In this document: in pieces, positions 20,079 through 30,135 of the stretch
Numbering within the stretch: the stretch's first letter is position 1
How the letters are laid out: every line of letters begins with the position of its first letter
NCBI GenBank assembly: GCA_016209895.1
Contig: JACQVH010000157.1
Location: 4,206 to 68,205 of the forward strand
Length of the DNA stretch: 64,000 nucleotides
Direction: 5' to 3'
Source of the DNA: Candidatus Hydrogenedentota bacterium
Lineage (GTDB): Bacteria; Hydrogenedentota; Hydrogenedentia; Hydrogenedentales; SLHB01
Made by a program: the position numbers and the translations under genes
The notes under the pieces: generated by a model
The model's database searches: none
What the model saw: only the letters and a program-made list of their open reading frames with translations
What the model was told of the DNA's origin: nothing

Positions 20079-21893
20079 ATGTCGGCGAATCCCGAGTGCG
20101 GCTTTGCCGTGACGACACCGCGCGTTGGTCGCATTGTGGCGAGACTTTGCTTGTGCGCGGCGTTGTTTTCAGGATGGTGCGCGTCGGAAGACACGGTTGC
20201 CGAGGTAATGGATGCGGTAGTTACGCGGCTGTACGCGACCCAAAGCGAGGAAGACCTGTACGCGCTGGACGATGCCAAAGTGCAAAAGTTCCTGAGGCCG
20301 GCAGAACTTCAAGTGCTGGCCACCAAACACTGGTACTTCAATGCCGACGTGCCGGTCGTGGTATCGGTACTTCGAAACGTGGAACAGAAGGTGGCGCCGT
20401 TCTGGCTGGAGCAAGCCGGCTTCGCGCGAACCGACTTCGTCGTCAACAACATGGAGGGATGGTCCTACGAAGTGTGGCAGAAATCCTTTCCCCCCGGCCT
20501 TATCGGACTAGGGGTCAACGGATTTGATAATTTCCGGCCGCACTATCTGGTCTGCGTGGGACCACAGCAGCCAGGCGCCAAAGTGACGCTGTCCGGATTT
20601 CATCCTGCAAAGCAGACCGTGGAGGAGATGAAACCCGGCGCGATGACCTATTACGACTGGAGCGAACTTGTTCTAACGGACGTGCCCGAGGTCTTGCGCG
20701 GACAGCAGTTGCTACCGACGAGTCGCGGACGGGGCCGAGAGGCGAGTCTGGTGGGGGCGTTCCGGAAGACGCCTTTTCCCTCGTCGGATATGCCCGGACC
20801 GGTGTTCCTGACCTGGAGCGAGGACCCCTCCACTACCCAAAATATCCAATGGCGGACCAGTGCGGCGGTAACGGAAGGAGTCGTCCGGTTTCGCAAGAAG
20901 GGATCGGACACCGCCTATCAAGAAGTGAGCGCTCAGCCCAAGAAGATGGAAGACCGGATGCTGGCCAACGACCGGTATTGCCATTGGTTCACGGCCGTGT
21001 TGCGGCGTCTCGAGCCGGACACTACCTATGAGTACCAAGTGGGCCTCAAGTCGGGCCAACAATGGAACGAACCGGCCGAATTCAGGACCGCCCCAGCGAT
21101 TCCCAAACCCTTCAGTTTTCTCTACTGCAGCGATACGCATAGCCGAAAGGAGTGGGCCGACCTCCTGAAGTCGGTCTTCGAACTGCATCCCGAGGCGGCG
21201 TTCTGCACGGTATCGGGCGACTTGGTGGGTACCGGTCTGGAGCGGGAAAACTGGGATTTGTTCCTGACCTACGGCGAACCCATGTTCCGACAACGCCCGA
21301 TTATGCCCGCCATCGGCAACCACGACGCCCAGTACGGGCTTGGCGCCGGCATGTATCTGGACATCTTCGGCCTGCCTGAGAACGGCCCCAAAGATTTAGC
21401 GCCGGAATGTGCCTACACGTTCGCCTATAGCAACACGCAGTTTTTCATTCTCGACGTGATGAGCGACGCCCAACCGCAACAAGCATGGTTGCTGGATAAA
21501 TTGGAGAAATGCACTGCCACGTGGAAGATTGCCGTTTTCCACTTCCCGATCTACAGCGTGGAAGAAGCGTATCCTGAACTCGAGGCAATGTGGGGGAGCC
21601 TATTCGATCAGTACCATGTAGATCTTGCGCTCACGGGCCACGTGCATACGCATCTGCGCACGTACCCATTGCACGCCGGCAAGCGGGTGGAATCGGCCGC
21701 GGAAGGAACTGTCTATGTCACGTCCGTCTCCATACCAAGCCGACCGGTTCGGTTGCGCAAGCCCGATTATGCCGAGGTGTGGCTGGGCGGAGGCTCTTTC
21801 TGCAATGTAATCGCGGTGGAAGACCGAGTTCTTACCTTTCGAGCTACCACGGCCGATGGCACGGTAAAGGACGAGTTCGTATTGCGGAAATAA
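20079..21893 (+). CDS. Purple-acid-phosphatase-like metallophosphoesterase (PAP N-terminal FN3-like domain + calcineurin-like domain)
   Basis: Metallophosphatase motifs GDLVGTG, GNHD, GHVHTH; signal peptide; RBS GAAGGAGG before ATG 20079. Confidence 0.7.
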   Translation: MSANPECGFAVTTPRVGRIVARLCLCAALFSGWCASEDTVAEVMDAVVTRLYATQSEEDLYALDDAKVQKFLRPAELQVLATKHWYFNADVPVVVSVLRNVEQKVAPFWLEQAGFARTDFVVNNMEGWSYEVWQKSFPPGLIGLGVNGFDNFRPHYLVCVGPQQPGAKVTLSGFHPAKQTVEEMKPGAMTYYDWSELVLTDVPEVLRGQQLLPTSRGRGREASLVGAFRKTPFPSSDMPGPVFLTWSEDPSTTQNIQWRTSAAVTEGVVRFRKKGSDTAYQEVSAQPKKMEDRMLANDRYCHWFTAVLRRLEPDTTYEYQVGLKSGQQWNEPAEFRTAPAIPKPFSFLYCSDTHSRKEWADLLKSVFELHPEAAFCTVSGDLVGTGLERENWDLFLTYGEPMFRQRPIMPAIGNHDAQYGLGAGMYLDIFGLPENGPKDLAPECAYTFAYSNTQFFILDVMSDAQPQQAWLLDKLEKCTATWKIAVFHFPIYSVEEAYPELEAMWGSLFDQYHVDLALTGHVHTHLRTYPLHAGKRVESAAEGTVYVTSVSIPSRPVRLRKPDYAEVWLGGGSFCNVIAVEDRVLTFRATTADGTVKDEFVLRK

Positions 21894-21981
21894 GCTCCGT
21901 GCGCCGCCCGGTTAAGGAACAGAATCGTATCCCTCCCGCGTTACGTTATCCAGCCGATGGGGCGGCCGGAAGGAGTTGGAA

Positions 21982-22881
21982 GTGCCTGCGGAATGCGTCG
22001 CATACAAAACCGTCCACCGGGCGGCGGGTTCACTGTTCCCAGTCTTGACCACGGAAGCGCAACGACTTTTGTTCTCGCTGACCGAAGCGCAGGTGGCCGA
22101 ATACCGTGCCCGGGGCTTTATCAAGGGTCCGCGGGTCCTGGATGACCACCAAATTGCCGTGCTGGCGGAGGCCTTGGAACGTGTTCGGACGGGTGACCAT
22201 CCGCGGCTGAACGAGCTGTATGAGATTGATGAAGCGTATACCCGTGCGCCAGGAGAGAACGTATTCCACTTCCTGGGAGCATGGATGATTGAGGAGGCGT
22301 TTCACGATGTCCTGTTTCATCCGGCGGTCGCGGTGCCGGTCAGTCAACTCTTGGGCTGTTCGAAAGTGCGTTTTTGGCACGACCAAGTATTCTACAAACC
22401 GGCGCGTCATCCGGGCGTGGTAGCTTGGCATCAGGATTACGCATATTGGACGCGGAGCGTGCCAGCCCGCCATCTCACGGTATGGATCGGACTCGACGAC
22501 TCGACCAGAGAAAACGGTTGCGTTCACTTCGTACCGGGCAGCCATCGCTGGAACCTCTTGCCCAAGGGAGCGCTTCTCGAAGACATGGAGGCGATCAAGC
22601 AGCGGCTGACCCGGGAGCAGGTGGCGTACTTCATGCCGGAACCCATGATATTGCGGGCCGGCGAATGCTCCTTTCACCATTGCATGACGCTGCACGGGTC
22701 GTACGGAAATACTTCGGACCGGCCACGCCGCGCCGTGGTCATCAACTACATGCACCCGGATTCGCGCAGCGCCGACGGCACCAATCCGTTGCTGCTGCAC
22801 ACGCCTATTATCCCCGAAGGCGAGATCATTCAGGGGGAGAATTATCCCATCGTATACGACAGTTCTCTGAGATTGGCTTAA
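21982..22881 (+). CDS. PhyH-family Fe(II)/2OG dioxygenase (paralog 2; first of tandem triplet)
   Basis: WHQDYAYW and FHHCMTLHGS...R motifs; start uncertain (TTG 21976 or GTG 21982). Confidence 0.75.
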   Translation: MPAECVAYKTVHRAAGSLFPVLTTEAQRLLFSLTEAQVAEYRARGFIKGPRVLDDHQIAVLAEALERVRTGDHPRLNELYEIDEAYTRAPGENVFHFLGAWMIEEAFHDVLFHPAVAVPVSQLLGCSKVRFWHDQVFYKPARHPGVVAWHQDYAYWTRSVPARHLTVWIGLDDSTRENGCVHFVPGSHRWNLLPKGALLEDMEAIKQRLTREQVAYFMPEPMILRAGECSFHHCMTLHGSYGNTSDRPRRAVVINYMHPDSRSADGTNPLLLHTPIIPEGEIIQGENYPIVYDSSLRLA

Positions 22882-22911
22882 GGTCCGCAGGAACGACACG
22901 ATCCGACCACG

Positions 22912-23826
22912 ATGAATGGAGCGAATACACACGATGAGATTGTGAGCTGCGCGTCGGTGATTACGGACGAGCAGGCCAAGTTTTTCTTGAATAACGGCTT
23001 CCTCATTCTCCGCAATATCATACGGGGAGAAGAACTCCGCCGACTCCGAGCTGCGATGGACGATTTGACGGCTTCCGGGAGTGAGACGGTGCGGGAGCAT
23101 CCGGACTTCGCGTACGGCTCCGGGCATAGGACCGGTCGCTCGGTCCTGCGGCGAATCGAGTATGTAATAGACAAGGCGGATGAGTGCAAGGCGCTGCTCG
23201 GTCACCCTTTCATCCTTCGCTCGGTCGAAAAGCTTATGGGGCCGGATTACATCCCCACTTGGGACTCGATGGTCCTGAAGCTGCCGCGCGAAGGGATTGA
23301 AGTGCCGTGGCACCGGGACGCCGGCACGGAGTGCGTCGGCGATACGCCGATCTTCAATGTGGATTACTACCTCGACGCGGCCGATGAAGACACTTGTGTG
23401 TGGGTCATTCCGGGAAGCCATCGGTGGTCCCGGGCGGAGGTGGATGCCATTGTTCAGCAAAGGGACTTCCACCAGGAAACCGCCGTACCGGCATTGATGA
23501 GACCGGGCGACGTGATGTTTCACAATATCCTGGTGCTGCACGGCTCGCCGCGGAACGGTTCCGATAAATTGAGACGCGTAATTTACTACGAATTCCGCGC
23601 GGCACATGTCGAGGCCGCCTTGGGACCGCACATACCGGAGTACATCCCGTTGAAACAGCGTGTATTGTTGGATTGTATTGAGAGACGAAAGACCACCGAG
23701 TACATTGCCCGGACCGAAGAGCCTTACGAGTATCAACCGCCCGCTCCGTGGAATACGGTTGTACGTGAGGCCGCGTCGAAACCAAAAACGCATCGGTATC
23801 CGCACGGCGCATACTGGAGACGATGA
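22912..23826 (+). CDS. PhyH-family Fe(II)/2OG dioxygenase (paralog 3)
   Basis: WHRDAG and MFHNILVLHGS...R motifs; VIPGSHRW. Confidence 0.75.
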   Translation: MNGANTHDEIVSCASVITDEQAKFFLNNGFLILRNIIRGEELRRLRAAMDDLTASGSETVREHPDFAYGSGHRTGRSVLRRIEYVIDKADECKALLGHPFILRSVEKLMGPDYIPTWDSMVLKLPREGIEVPWHRDAGTECVGDTPIFNVDYYLDAADEDTCVWVIPGSHRWSRAEVDAIVQQRDFHQETAVPALMRPGDVMFHNILVLHGSPRNGSDKLRRVIYYEFRAAHVEAALGPHIPEYIPLKQRVLLDCIERRKTTEYIARTEEPYEYQPPAPWNTVVREAASKPKTHRYPHGAYWRR

Positions 23827-24575
23827 AGGATTGGGATATGTCACTTGCCTACAATCAGATTGAACAGTTTAAGCTTGACGGTTACGTCTACGTGGGTCCA
23901 ATCGTAACCTCCGACGAACTGGTAGCGTTGCGCACCGCATATGACCGTATTTTCGCCGCTAAAGAACGTCCAGCATCATTTCGCGAGCTGGGTTTGAAGG
24001 AAGGGGAAACTACGGCGAAGCTATCCGTAATGCAAGTCATTGACATGTGGAGACTCGACGATACCTTCCGGGCCGTCTTTTCCAAATCCGAAGTCCTGGA
24101 TATGGTCGAAATATTGATGGGCACTACCAACATCCGGCTATACCATGACCAGGCGCTTTATAAACCGGCATTCCACGGCGATGAGGTCCCATGGCACCAG
24201 GACAACAGCTATTGGAAGTTCGACCCGGCGAACGCTGTCAGTTGCTGGATGGCCCTGGACGACGTGGACGAAGAAAACGGTTGTATGCGGATAATTCCCG
24301 GCAGCCACCGAAACGGTGGAATCGGCCACCAGACTGCAGGGCGCTCGCTGGCGTTGCTCGCGACCGAAGTGGACGAGAGCCAGGCGGTTCCCCTGCCCAT
24401 GCCCGCCGGTTGCGCCATGTTCCACCACTGCCTGACCCTGCACAACACCAAGCCCAATCGCACCCCCCGCCAACGCCGCGCCTGGGCCATCCACTATATC
24501 CCCGCCGACGCCAAACAAAACGGTAAACCCCTGCCGGAGCGGCTGCTGGTACGCGGAGAGGCACTCGTTACTTAG
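23823..24575 (+). CDS. PhyH-family Fe(II)/2OG dioxygenase (paralog 4)
   Basis: WHQDNSYW, IIPGSHRNG, MFHHCLTLHNT; start overlaps previous stop (ATGA). Confidence 0.75.
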   Translation: MKDWDMSLAYNQIEQFKLDGYVYVGPIVTSDELVALRTAYDRIFAAKERPASFRELGLKEGETTAKLSVMQVIDMWRLDDTFRAVFSKSEVLDMVEILMGTTNIRLYHDQALYKPAFHGDEVPWHQDNSYWKFDPANAVSCWMALDDVDEENGCMRIIPGSHRNGGIGHQTAGRSLALLATEVDESQAVPLPMPAGCAMFHHCLTLHNTKPNRTPRQRRAWAIHYIPADAKQNGKPLPERLLVRGEALVT

Positions 24576-24767
24576 AGTCCGACGCGTTGCGTAAGAACGG
24601 TCGTGCGACTGAGTCAACCTATACATTCTTTTTACATTCTTCTCAACTCTGTCTGACCACCTTGGCATCTTCTCCTGATAGGCTGCGGTTGTGAGCTTGA
24701 ACGCAACCAACCATGCCGCATAATGGTATCCTGCAACGGGCGAGATATCGCGGCGGAACAGGAGGAC

Positions 24768-26108
24768 ATCATGAACTCGAAAACACGTGCCATCGCAATT
24801 CGCTGTCTGGTCGCGCTTATTACCGCCGTGGGGATGCTCGCTACGAAGGCCATGGCCGAGCAAGTTCAACTGGACGTCGCACTGGGAACGCCCACCATGC
24901 TCGCCGGACAAAAGCAGACGACTTACCTGCGCGTGGCCATGACGGGAATGGATGTCAAGGACATGGGGAGGCGCGCGCCGGTCAACGTGGCATTCGTGAT
25001 TGACAAGTCCGGGTCCATGTCCGGGGAGAAGATTCAGAAGGCCAAAGAAGCGATGCGGATGGCCATCGAGAAACTCCGCGACGACGACATTGTGTCCGTT
25101 GTGGCCTATGACTCGTTCGTGCAAGTATTGGTGCCGGCGACGCGTCTCACGGACCGGAATGCCGTGTATGCAGCGTTCGAAGGTTTGACCGCCAACAACT
25201 CGACGGCCCTCTTCGCAGGAGTCAGCAAGGGGGCAGCGGAACTGCGCAAGTTCTTCGACCGCGAACGCGTCAATCGCATCATCCTGCTGTCGGATGGTCT
25301 GGCTAACGTCGGGCCGAGCTCGCCGGCCGAACTTGGCGAATTGGGCACGTCGCTGGGACGCGAGGGCATCTCGGTCACGACGATAGGTCTCGGACTAGAC
25401 TATAACGAAGACCTCATGACGAAGCTCGCGCTGCGGAGCGACGGCAATCACATGTTCGCAGAAAGGGCGGAAGACTTGGCCCAGGCGTTCGCGCGCGAGT
25501 TTGGCGACGTGCTGACGGTAGCGGCACAAAACGTAACCCTCCAGATCAATTGCAGCGGGGGCGTGCGTCCGGTGCGAGTGTTGGGCCGGGAGGCCGATAT
25601 TGTGGGACAGACCGTGCGAACCGCGCTCAACCAGCTCTACGGTCAACAGACGAAGTATCTCATCCTGGAAGTCGAGGTCCCCGCCGGAACGTTGGGCTCC
25701 GAAATGACGGTGGCCAGCGTAGACGTCTCTTACCAGAATATGGCGGCCGGCGCGCCCGAAACCTTACAGCGTACGGTTGCCGCCTCATTCACGGATTCGC
25801 CCGCAATCGTCGAAGCGAATACAAAGAAAGACGTGATGGCCGCAGCCGCCTATCAGGTCGGCGTCGAACGCAACATTCTGGCCACGCGCCTGCGCGACGA
25901 GGGCAAAATCGAGGAGGCCCGGCAAGTGCTCATTTCCAACACGAGATTTCTCGACGAGAACGCAAAGAAATTCGACGACACCGCCCTTCAGAGTTACGGT
26001 TACAGCAATAGAGCCGCCGCCGAGAATCTGGATGACACCAAGTGGGTAAAACAGCGTAAGCTGATGCGCATGGAACAACACGAGATTATTACGCAACAAA
26101 GCAAATAG
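24768..26108 (+). CDS. Secreted von Willebrand factor type A (VWA) domain protein
   Basis: MIDAS motif VNVAFVIDKSGSMSGEKI; signal peptide; RBS AGGAGG. Confidence 0.75.
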   Translation: MMNSKTRAIAIRCLVALITAVGMLATKAMAEQVQLDVALGTPTMLAGQKQTTYLRVAMTGMDVKDMGRRAPVNVAFVIDKSGSMSGEKIQKAKEAMRMAIEKLRDDDIVSVVAYDSFVQVLVPATRLTDRNAVYAAFEGLTANNSTALFAGVSKGAAELRKFFDRERVNRIILLSDGLANVGPSSPAELGELGTSLGREGISVTTIGLGLDYNEDLMTKLALRSDGNHMFAERAEDLAQAFAREFGDVLTVAAQNVTLQINCSGGVRPVRVLGREADIVGQTVRTALNQLYGQQTKYLILEVEVPAGTLGSEMTVASVDVSYQNMAAGAPETLQRTVAASFTDSPAIVEANTKKDVMAAAAYQVGVERNILATRLRDEGKIEEARQVLISNTRFLDENAKKFDDTALQSYGYSNRAAAENLDDTKWVKQRKLMRMEQHEIITQQSK

Positions 26109-26161
26109 CGAGCGGCATAAAGGAAGAATTCAAGGCAGAACAAAAGAGAAAGGGGAGACTT

Positions 26162-26911
26162 ATGCGCACGAAAACTTCAATGCTTCTGATAGTCGCTCTG
26201 AGCGTCGCGACGGTGTGTTGGGCGGCGACGCCGGAGAATGATATCCCTCAGATATCAGTCTCGGGGACAGCCGTAACCCAGACGGTTCCAGACGTCATCC
26301 AGTGGTCAATCACGATCACGGACGAAAACAAGGACCTGCAAGAGGCAAAGAGAAATTCCGATGCGAAGATGGCGGCGATTCTGACGCTGGCCCGGGAATT
26401 GGGCGTGCGCCCGGAAGACCTTCAGACCGGCTATCTGAACGCGAACCGTGAGTATAATCAGGATGAACGCGGCCGTCGCCTGGATTTCAAGGGCTTTAGC
26501 GTGCGTCGGGGTGTGACCTTAAAACAGCGAGACTTGAAGCGATTTGATGAGTACCTGACGAAACTGGTGTCCAGCGCGGAAATGGAAGTCAGTTTCAGTT
26601 TTGATTCCAGCCGAATGACCGACCTTCGGTGGGAAACGCGCCTCAAGGCCCTGAAGGCTGCGAAGGAAAAGGCCGAGGCCATGGCGAAAGTGGTAGATGC
26701 GACGGCGGGGAAGGTCATACGGATAGAAGAGCCACTGCCGCCGGAAGGACGCTACGGTGGTGGAGCATACGGATCTTTCGCCAATACTAGTTTTGCAGAC
26801 CCACAGGCGGCGCGACCCGCCGATGTCGCCCAAGGCACCTTTGCGCCGGGGGCGATTGAAGTCAAAGTAACGGTGAACGCCATTTTTGAATTAGAATCGC
26901 GTCGGGATTAG
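26162..26911 (+). CDS. SIMPL/DUF541 family periplasmic protein (YggE-like)
   Basis: ~250 aa, signal peptide, ISVSGTAVTQTVPDVIQWSITI pattern typical of SIMPL domain. Confidence 0.55.
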   Translation: MRTKTSMLLIVALSVATVCWAATPENDIPQISVSGTAVTQTVPDVIQWSITITDENKDLQEAKRNSDAKMAAILTLARELGVRPEDLQTGYLNANREYNQDERGRRLDFKGFSVRRGVTLKQRDLKRFDEYLTKLVSSAEMEVSFSFDSSRMTDLRWETRLKALKAAKEKAEAMAKVVDATAGKVIRIEEPLPPEGRYGGGAYGSFANTSFADPQAARPADVAQGTFAPGAIEVKVTVNAIFELESRRD

Positions 26912-26948
26912 CGGGTTGCCATCAAGAAGAATCCCGGTATGTGATTGA

Positions 26949-28556
26949 ATGAAGCCAGACCTTAGACTGCTCTTTGTCTGTTTGCTGCTCGTGGTTTTGC
27001 CGCTGGTTGTCGTCGGCTTCTTAGGAGTTGCGCTGGCGCGCAACGAGCGGGAGATGACGGGCGTGCGGTTCCGCGAAGTGCTGGTATCCCAACTCAGGGA
27101 TGTTTCCGAAAGGATTACCGGTCTGCTTGAAGAGCGTGAACGAGCGCTCATGGCGCAGCCCAACTTGTCGGGATCATCGCCCGAACAACTACGGAGCTTG
27201 GCCCGTAACTCCGGCCTCGTGCGACAGTATTTCGTGCTCGACCGCGAAGGGAATCTGGTGTATCCCGATCCGGCAGGCGAATTGACCGGCGCGGAAGAAG
27301 ACTTTCTGGTCCAGACTCGTTCGATATGGGTGAACGGTGAAATCCCGGCACCTGAGGCGGATGTATCGGCCGCACCACGGCAGACCAAACTGCAGGGAAA
27401 GGGTCCATCTGCGGCGAAAGGCTGGCACGCTGCATACTGGGGCCGAGGTCTCAGTTTGATTTTCTGGTGGCGGGACGAATCCAGCCATGTGGCTGGCGCG
27501 GAACTGAATGAAGCGCGGCTAATGGCCGACATCATCGCGATATTGCCGGAGGCGTGGCCGGAGATATCCTCGGAAGCGTCGCGGCTGCCGAACGGGCGCA
27601 TCGCACTGACCGATGCCAAGGGTTCGGTCATTTATCAGTGGGGCGGCTATCTGCCCGCGCAGAATGAACGTCCGCAGGCGCAATTGTCGCTGTTGCCGCC
27701 GTTGAACGCGTGGACGCTAAGCTACTACACGACGCCCGAAGGAACCGGCTCGGCCGTACTGTTCAACATCCTCGCGGGAACCGCGGCTTTGGCCATCGCG
27801 CTTGCCGGAATGGCTTTTTACCTGTATCGCGAGAATACTCGAGCCATGCGTGAGGCGATGCAACGGGTTACGTTCGTGAATCAGGTATCGCACGAACTGA
27901 AGACTCCGCTAACCAATATTCGGATGTACGCGGAACTGCTGGAAGGGGAGCTTGCGGAAACCACCGATGGGCTGCGCGGCCGACTCGACGTGATCGTTTC
28001 CGAAAGCCAGCGACTAAGTCGCCTGATTAACAACGTGTTGACCTTTGGCCGGACTCGGCGGAACCTGCTGACCCTGCACAAAACGGCCGGCAACGTGGAC
28101 GAGGTGCTGCGCACGGTACTGACGCATTTCGAAGGCGCGCTGCGCGCGCACGGGATGGAAATGGTTTTCGAGGGCAACGCCGCACATGAGGCCGAGTTCG
28201 ATGCCGACGCCGTACAACAGATTCTCGGCAATCTTCTAAGTAACGTGGAGAAATATGCCGTTAACAGCGACCGCGTGACGATCAGTAGCCAGCAGGAGGG
28301 CGATCACGTGACCATTACCGTCACCGATAACGGCCCGGGCATTCCGCCACGTTTCCGCGACCGGATTTTCGAGCCGTTCTACCGCGTCAGCGACAAGCTG
28401 ACGGATGGCGTCGCGGGGGCCGGCATCGGACTGACCATCGCGCGAGACCTAGCGCGCCTGCACGGCGGCGACGTAACCCTCGAACCCTCGGCGCAGGGGT
28501 CGTGTTTCAAGGTAGTGTTGCACGCGCCGACGCGCCACTCGGGAGAAGCGACATGA
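26949..28556 (+). CDS. Sensor histidine kinase (periplasmic sensor, TM, HisKA, HATPase_c)
   Basis: H-box VSHELKTPLTNIRMYAELL; HATPase ITVTDNGPGIP...GAGIGLTIA. Confidence 0.8.
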   Translation: MKPDLRLLFVCLLLVVLPLVVVGFLGVALARNEREMTGVRFREVLVSQLRDVSERITGLLEERERALMAQPNLSGSSPEQLRSLARNSGLVRQYFVLDREGNLVYPDPAGELTGAEEDFLVQTRSIWVNGEIPAPEADVSAAPRQTKLQGKGPSAAKGWHAAYWGRGLSLIFWWRDESSHVAGAELNEARLMADIIAILPEAWPEISSEASRLPNGRIALTDAKGSVIYQWGGYLPAQNERPQAQLSLLPPLNAWTLSYYTTPEGTGSAVLFNILAGTAALAIALAGMAFYLYRENTRAMREAMQRVTFVNQVSHELKTPLTNIRMYAELLEGELAETTDGLRGRLDVIVSESQRLSRLINNVLTFGRTRRNLLTLHKTAGNVDEVLRTVLTHFEGALRAHGMEMVFEGNAAHEAEFDADAVQQILGNLLSNVEKYAVNSDRVTISSQQEGDHVTITVTDNGPGIPPRFRDRIFEPFYRVSDKLTDGVAGAGIGLTIARDLARLHGGDVTLEPSAQGSCFKVVLHAPTRHSGEAT

Positions 28557-29239
28557 AGATTTTGGTGGTCGAGGACGACGCCCATACTCGCGCGGGACTC
28601 GTGGCCGTGCTCCAACGCGAAGGCTACGACACGGTGAGCGCGGCGAACGGGAGGGAGGCCCTCGAGGTCTTCGAGCGCGAGAAACCCGATTTTGTCTGTC
28701 TGGACATCATGATGCCCGGAGCGGACGGCTACGAAGTCTGCCGGCAAATCCGCCGTCGAAAATCCGAGGTCCCAATGGTCTTTATCAGCGCCAAGTCCGA
28801 AGAGATTGACAAGGTGGTGGGACTGGAACTTGGTGCCGATGATTTCATCACCAAACCCTTCGGCGTACGCGAAGTGGTTGCGCGAATTCGCGCCGTCACG
28901 CGGCGCTACCTAGCCGCCCGCGATCCGGGCAATGCGCCGCGTTCATTCCAGCTCGATGATTTGGAAGTGTTCCCCGCTGAACTGCGGGCACGACGCGGCG
29001 AATCCGCGCTCGACCTCAGCCTGCGCGATGTCAAGATATTGGAGTTGCTGCACCGCAAAGCCGGCGAGGTCGTGGACCGCAACACCTTCTTCGACGAGTG
29101 CTGGGGCCTCGACTTCGTCCCCAACAGCCGCACCCTCGATCAACACATCTCCCAACTGCGCAAACGCATTGAACGCGACCCCCAACACCCCACCATCATC
29201 CGCACCGTCCACGGCGTCGGCTACCGCTACGAAGGCTGA
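28553..29239 (+). CDS. OmpR-family response regulator (REC + winged helix)
   Basis: MKILVVEDD...LDIMMPGADG receiver; C-terminal trans_reg_C; ATGA overlap with kinase gene. Confidence 0.85.
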   Translation: MKILVVEDDAHTRAGLVAVLQREGYDTVSAANGREALEVFEREKPDFVCLDIMMPGADGYEVCRQIRRRKSEVPMVFISAKSEEIDKVVGLELGADDFITKPFGVREVVARIRAVTRRYLAARDPGNAPRSFQLDDLEVFPAELRARRGESALDLSLRDVKILELLHRKAGEVVDRNTFFDECWGLDFVPNSRTLDQHISQLRKRIERDPQHPTIIRTVHGVGYRYEG

Positions 29240-29341
29240 GGAAGTGATGCTTCCCGTTCGTATCGGCATCAAGCGGATGAACGCCAAACGTAGCAATCTC
29301 GTGGTGGAAAAAGTCCTTCCGTTTCTTTCGCGTCACCGTGT

Positions 29342-29749
29342 TCACCGCAGCCACATTATCTTTATCTCGCCTTCGAGTGCCTTGAATTCGCGGTCGCCGG
29401 TAACCAATTCCGCCTTGCGGAGTTTGGCCAGTGCGGCGGCAAAGGCGTCGGCGTAGGACACTTTCTTGGATGCCTTGTAGGTCGCCGCTTGGCGCACAAG
29501 GTTTAGGTCCAGGTCTACGGGGACCAACTCGATCGGCATACCGGCAATTTCTTGGACGGTTTCTTCCGCTAATTCCTGCGAAGCGCCACGCATTACTGAG
29601 TAGTAAATCTCGCCCCAATTCACGACCGTCATAAGCAGCTTCGGGTTACCGGACTCGGCACTCAACAATAGTTTCTCCACAACTTCGGCTCCGGCTTCGT
29701 CATTGAAAAAGGCCATCAGCGCATGACTATCCAGGACTTTGGTGGCCAC
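29342..29749 (-). CDS. vapC: PIN-domain toxin VapC (type II TA)
   Basis: 135 aa, PIN acidic residues (LDSHAL..., VTGDREF); directly downstream of AbrB/MazE-type antitoxin with 1-bp gap. Confidence 0.7.
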   Translation of the reverse strand: MATKVLDSHALMAFFNDEAGAEVVEKLLLSAESGNPKLLMTVVNWGEIYYSVMRGASQELAEETVQEIAGMPIELVPVDLDLNLVRQAATYKASKKVSYADAFAAALAKLRKAELVTGDREFKALEGEIKIMWLR

Positions 29750-29750
29750 G

Positions 29751-29996
29751 TTACAGGTTCCGCTCTCGTTTGCGCTCGGCTTTGAACACGTCCATCGCCT
29801 TGGTGCCTTTCAACGAACCCCGCAGTCGTCTGTAGAGTTGGGCGGTAATAGGCTTAAGGACGATATGGTCCTCCTTCTCGTAGACTAACGCACGAGTTCC
29901 GTTCGCGATCTCGAATTGTTTGCGCAGCCACCGCGGAATCACCACCTGACCCTTAACCGAGAAAGAAATCGTGTCAATCTTCCGAGTGTCTTTCAT
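29751..29996 (-). CDS. vapB: AbrB/MazE/SpoVT-family antitoxin VapB
   Basis: 81 aa, swapped-hairpin motif SVKGQVVIPRWLRKQFEIANG. Confidence 0.65.
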   Translation of the reverse strand: MKDTRKIDTISFSVKGQVVIPRWLRKQFEIANGTRALVYEKEDHIVLKPITAQLYRRLRGSLKGTKAMDVFKAERKRERNL

Positions 29997-30135
29997 AGGA
30001 AATAATCATACCAGATTGTAGCCAGTAAGTCAAGAGATCGATAGTAAGACCGAGTTCCTGGTGCTTTACATCAACTAATCGCGGTGATTGAGCTTCGGCG
30101 CAACCGCAGGCTACCTTCAACCTAGTAGTTGGGAC

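Noticed and set aside
21916-21942. ECF-type promoter GGAAC-N18-CGTT upstream of the PhyH triplet
   Set aside because: The spacer is one to two nucleotides longer than usual and the match is short. I kept it only as a note within the PhyH finding.
22030-23844. 604-aa ORF on minus strand
   Set aside because: It is entirely antisense to two PhyH genes and has an Arg-rich, low-complexity translation typical of GC-rich antisense frames.
24138-25124. 328-aa minus-strand ORF
   Set aside because: It is antisense to the PhyH paralog 4 and VWA genes and is His/Arg-rich with no motifs.
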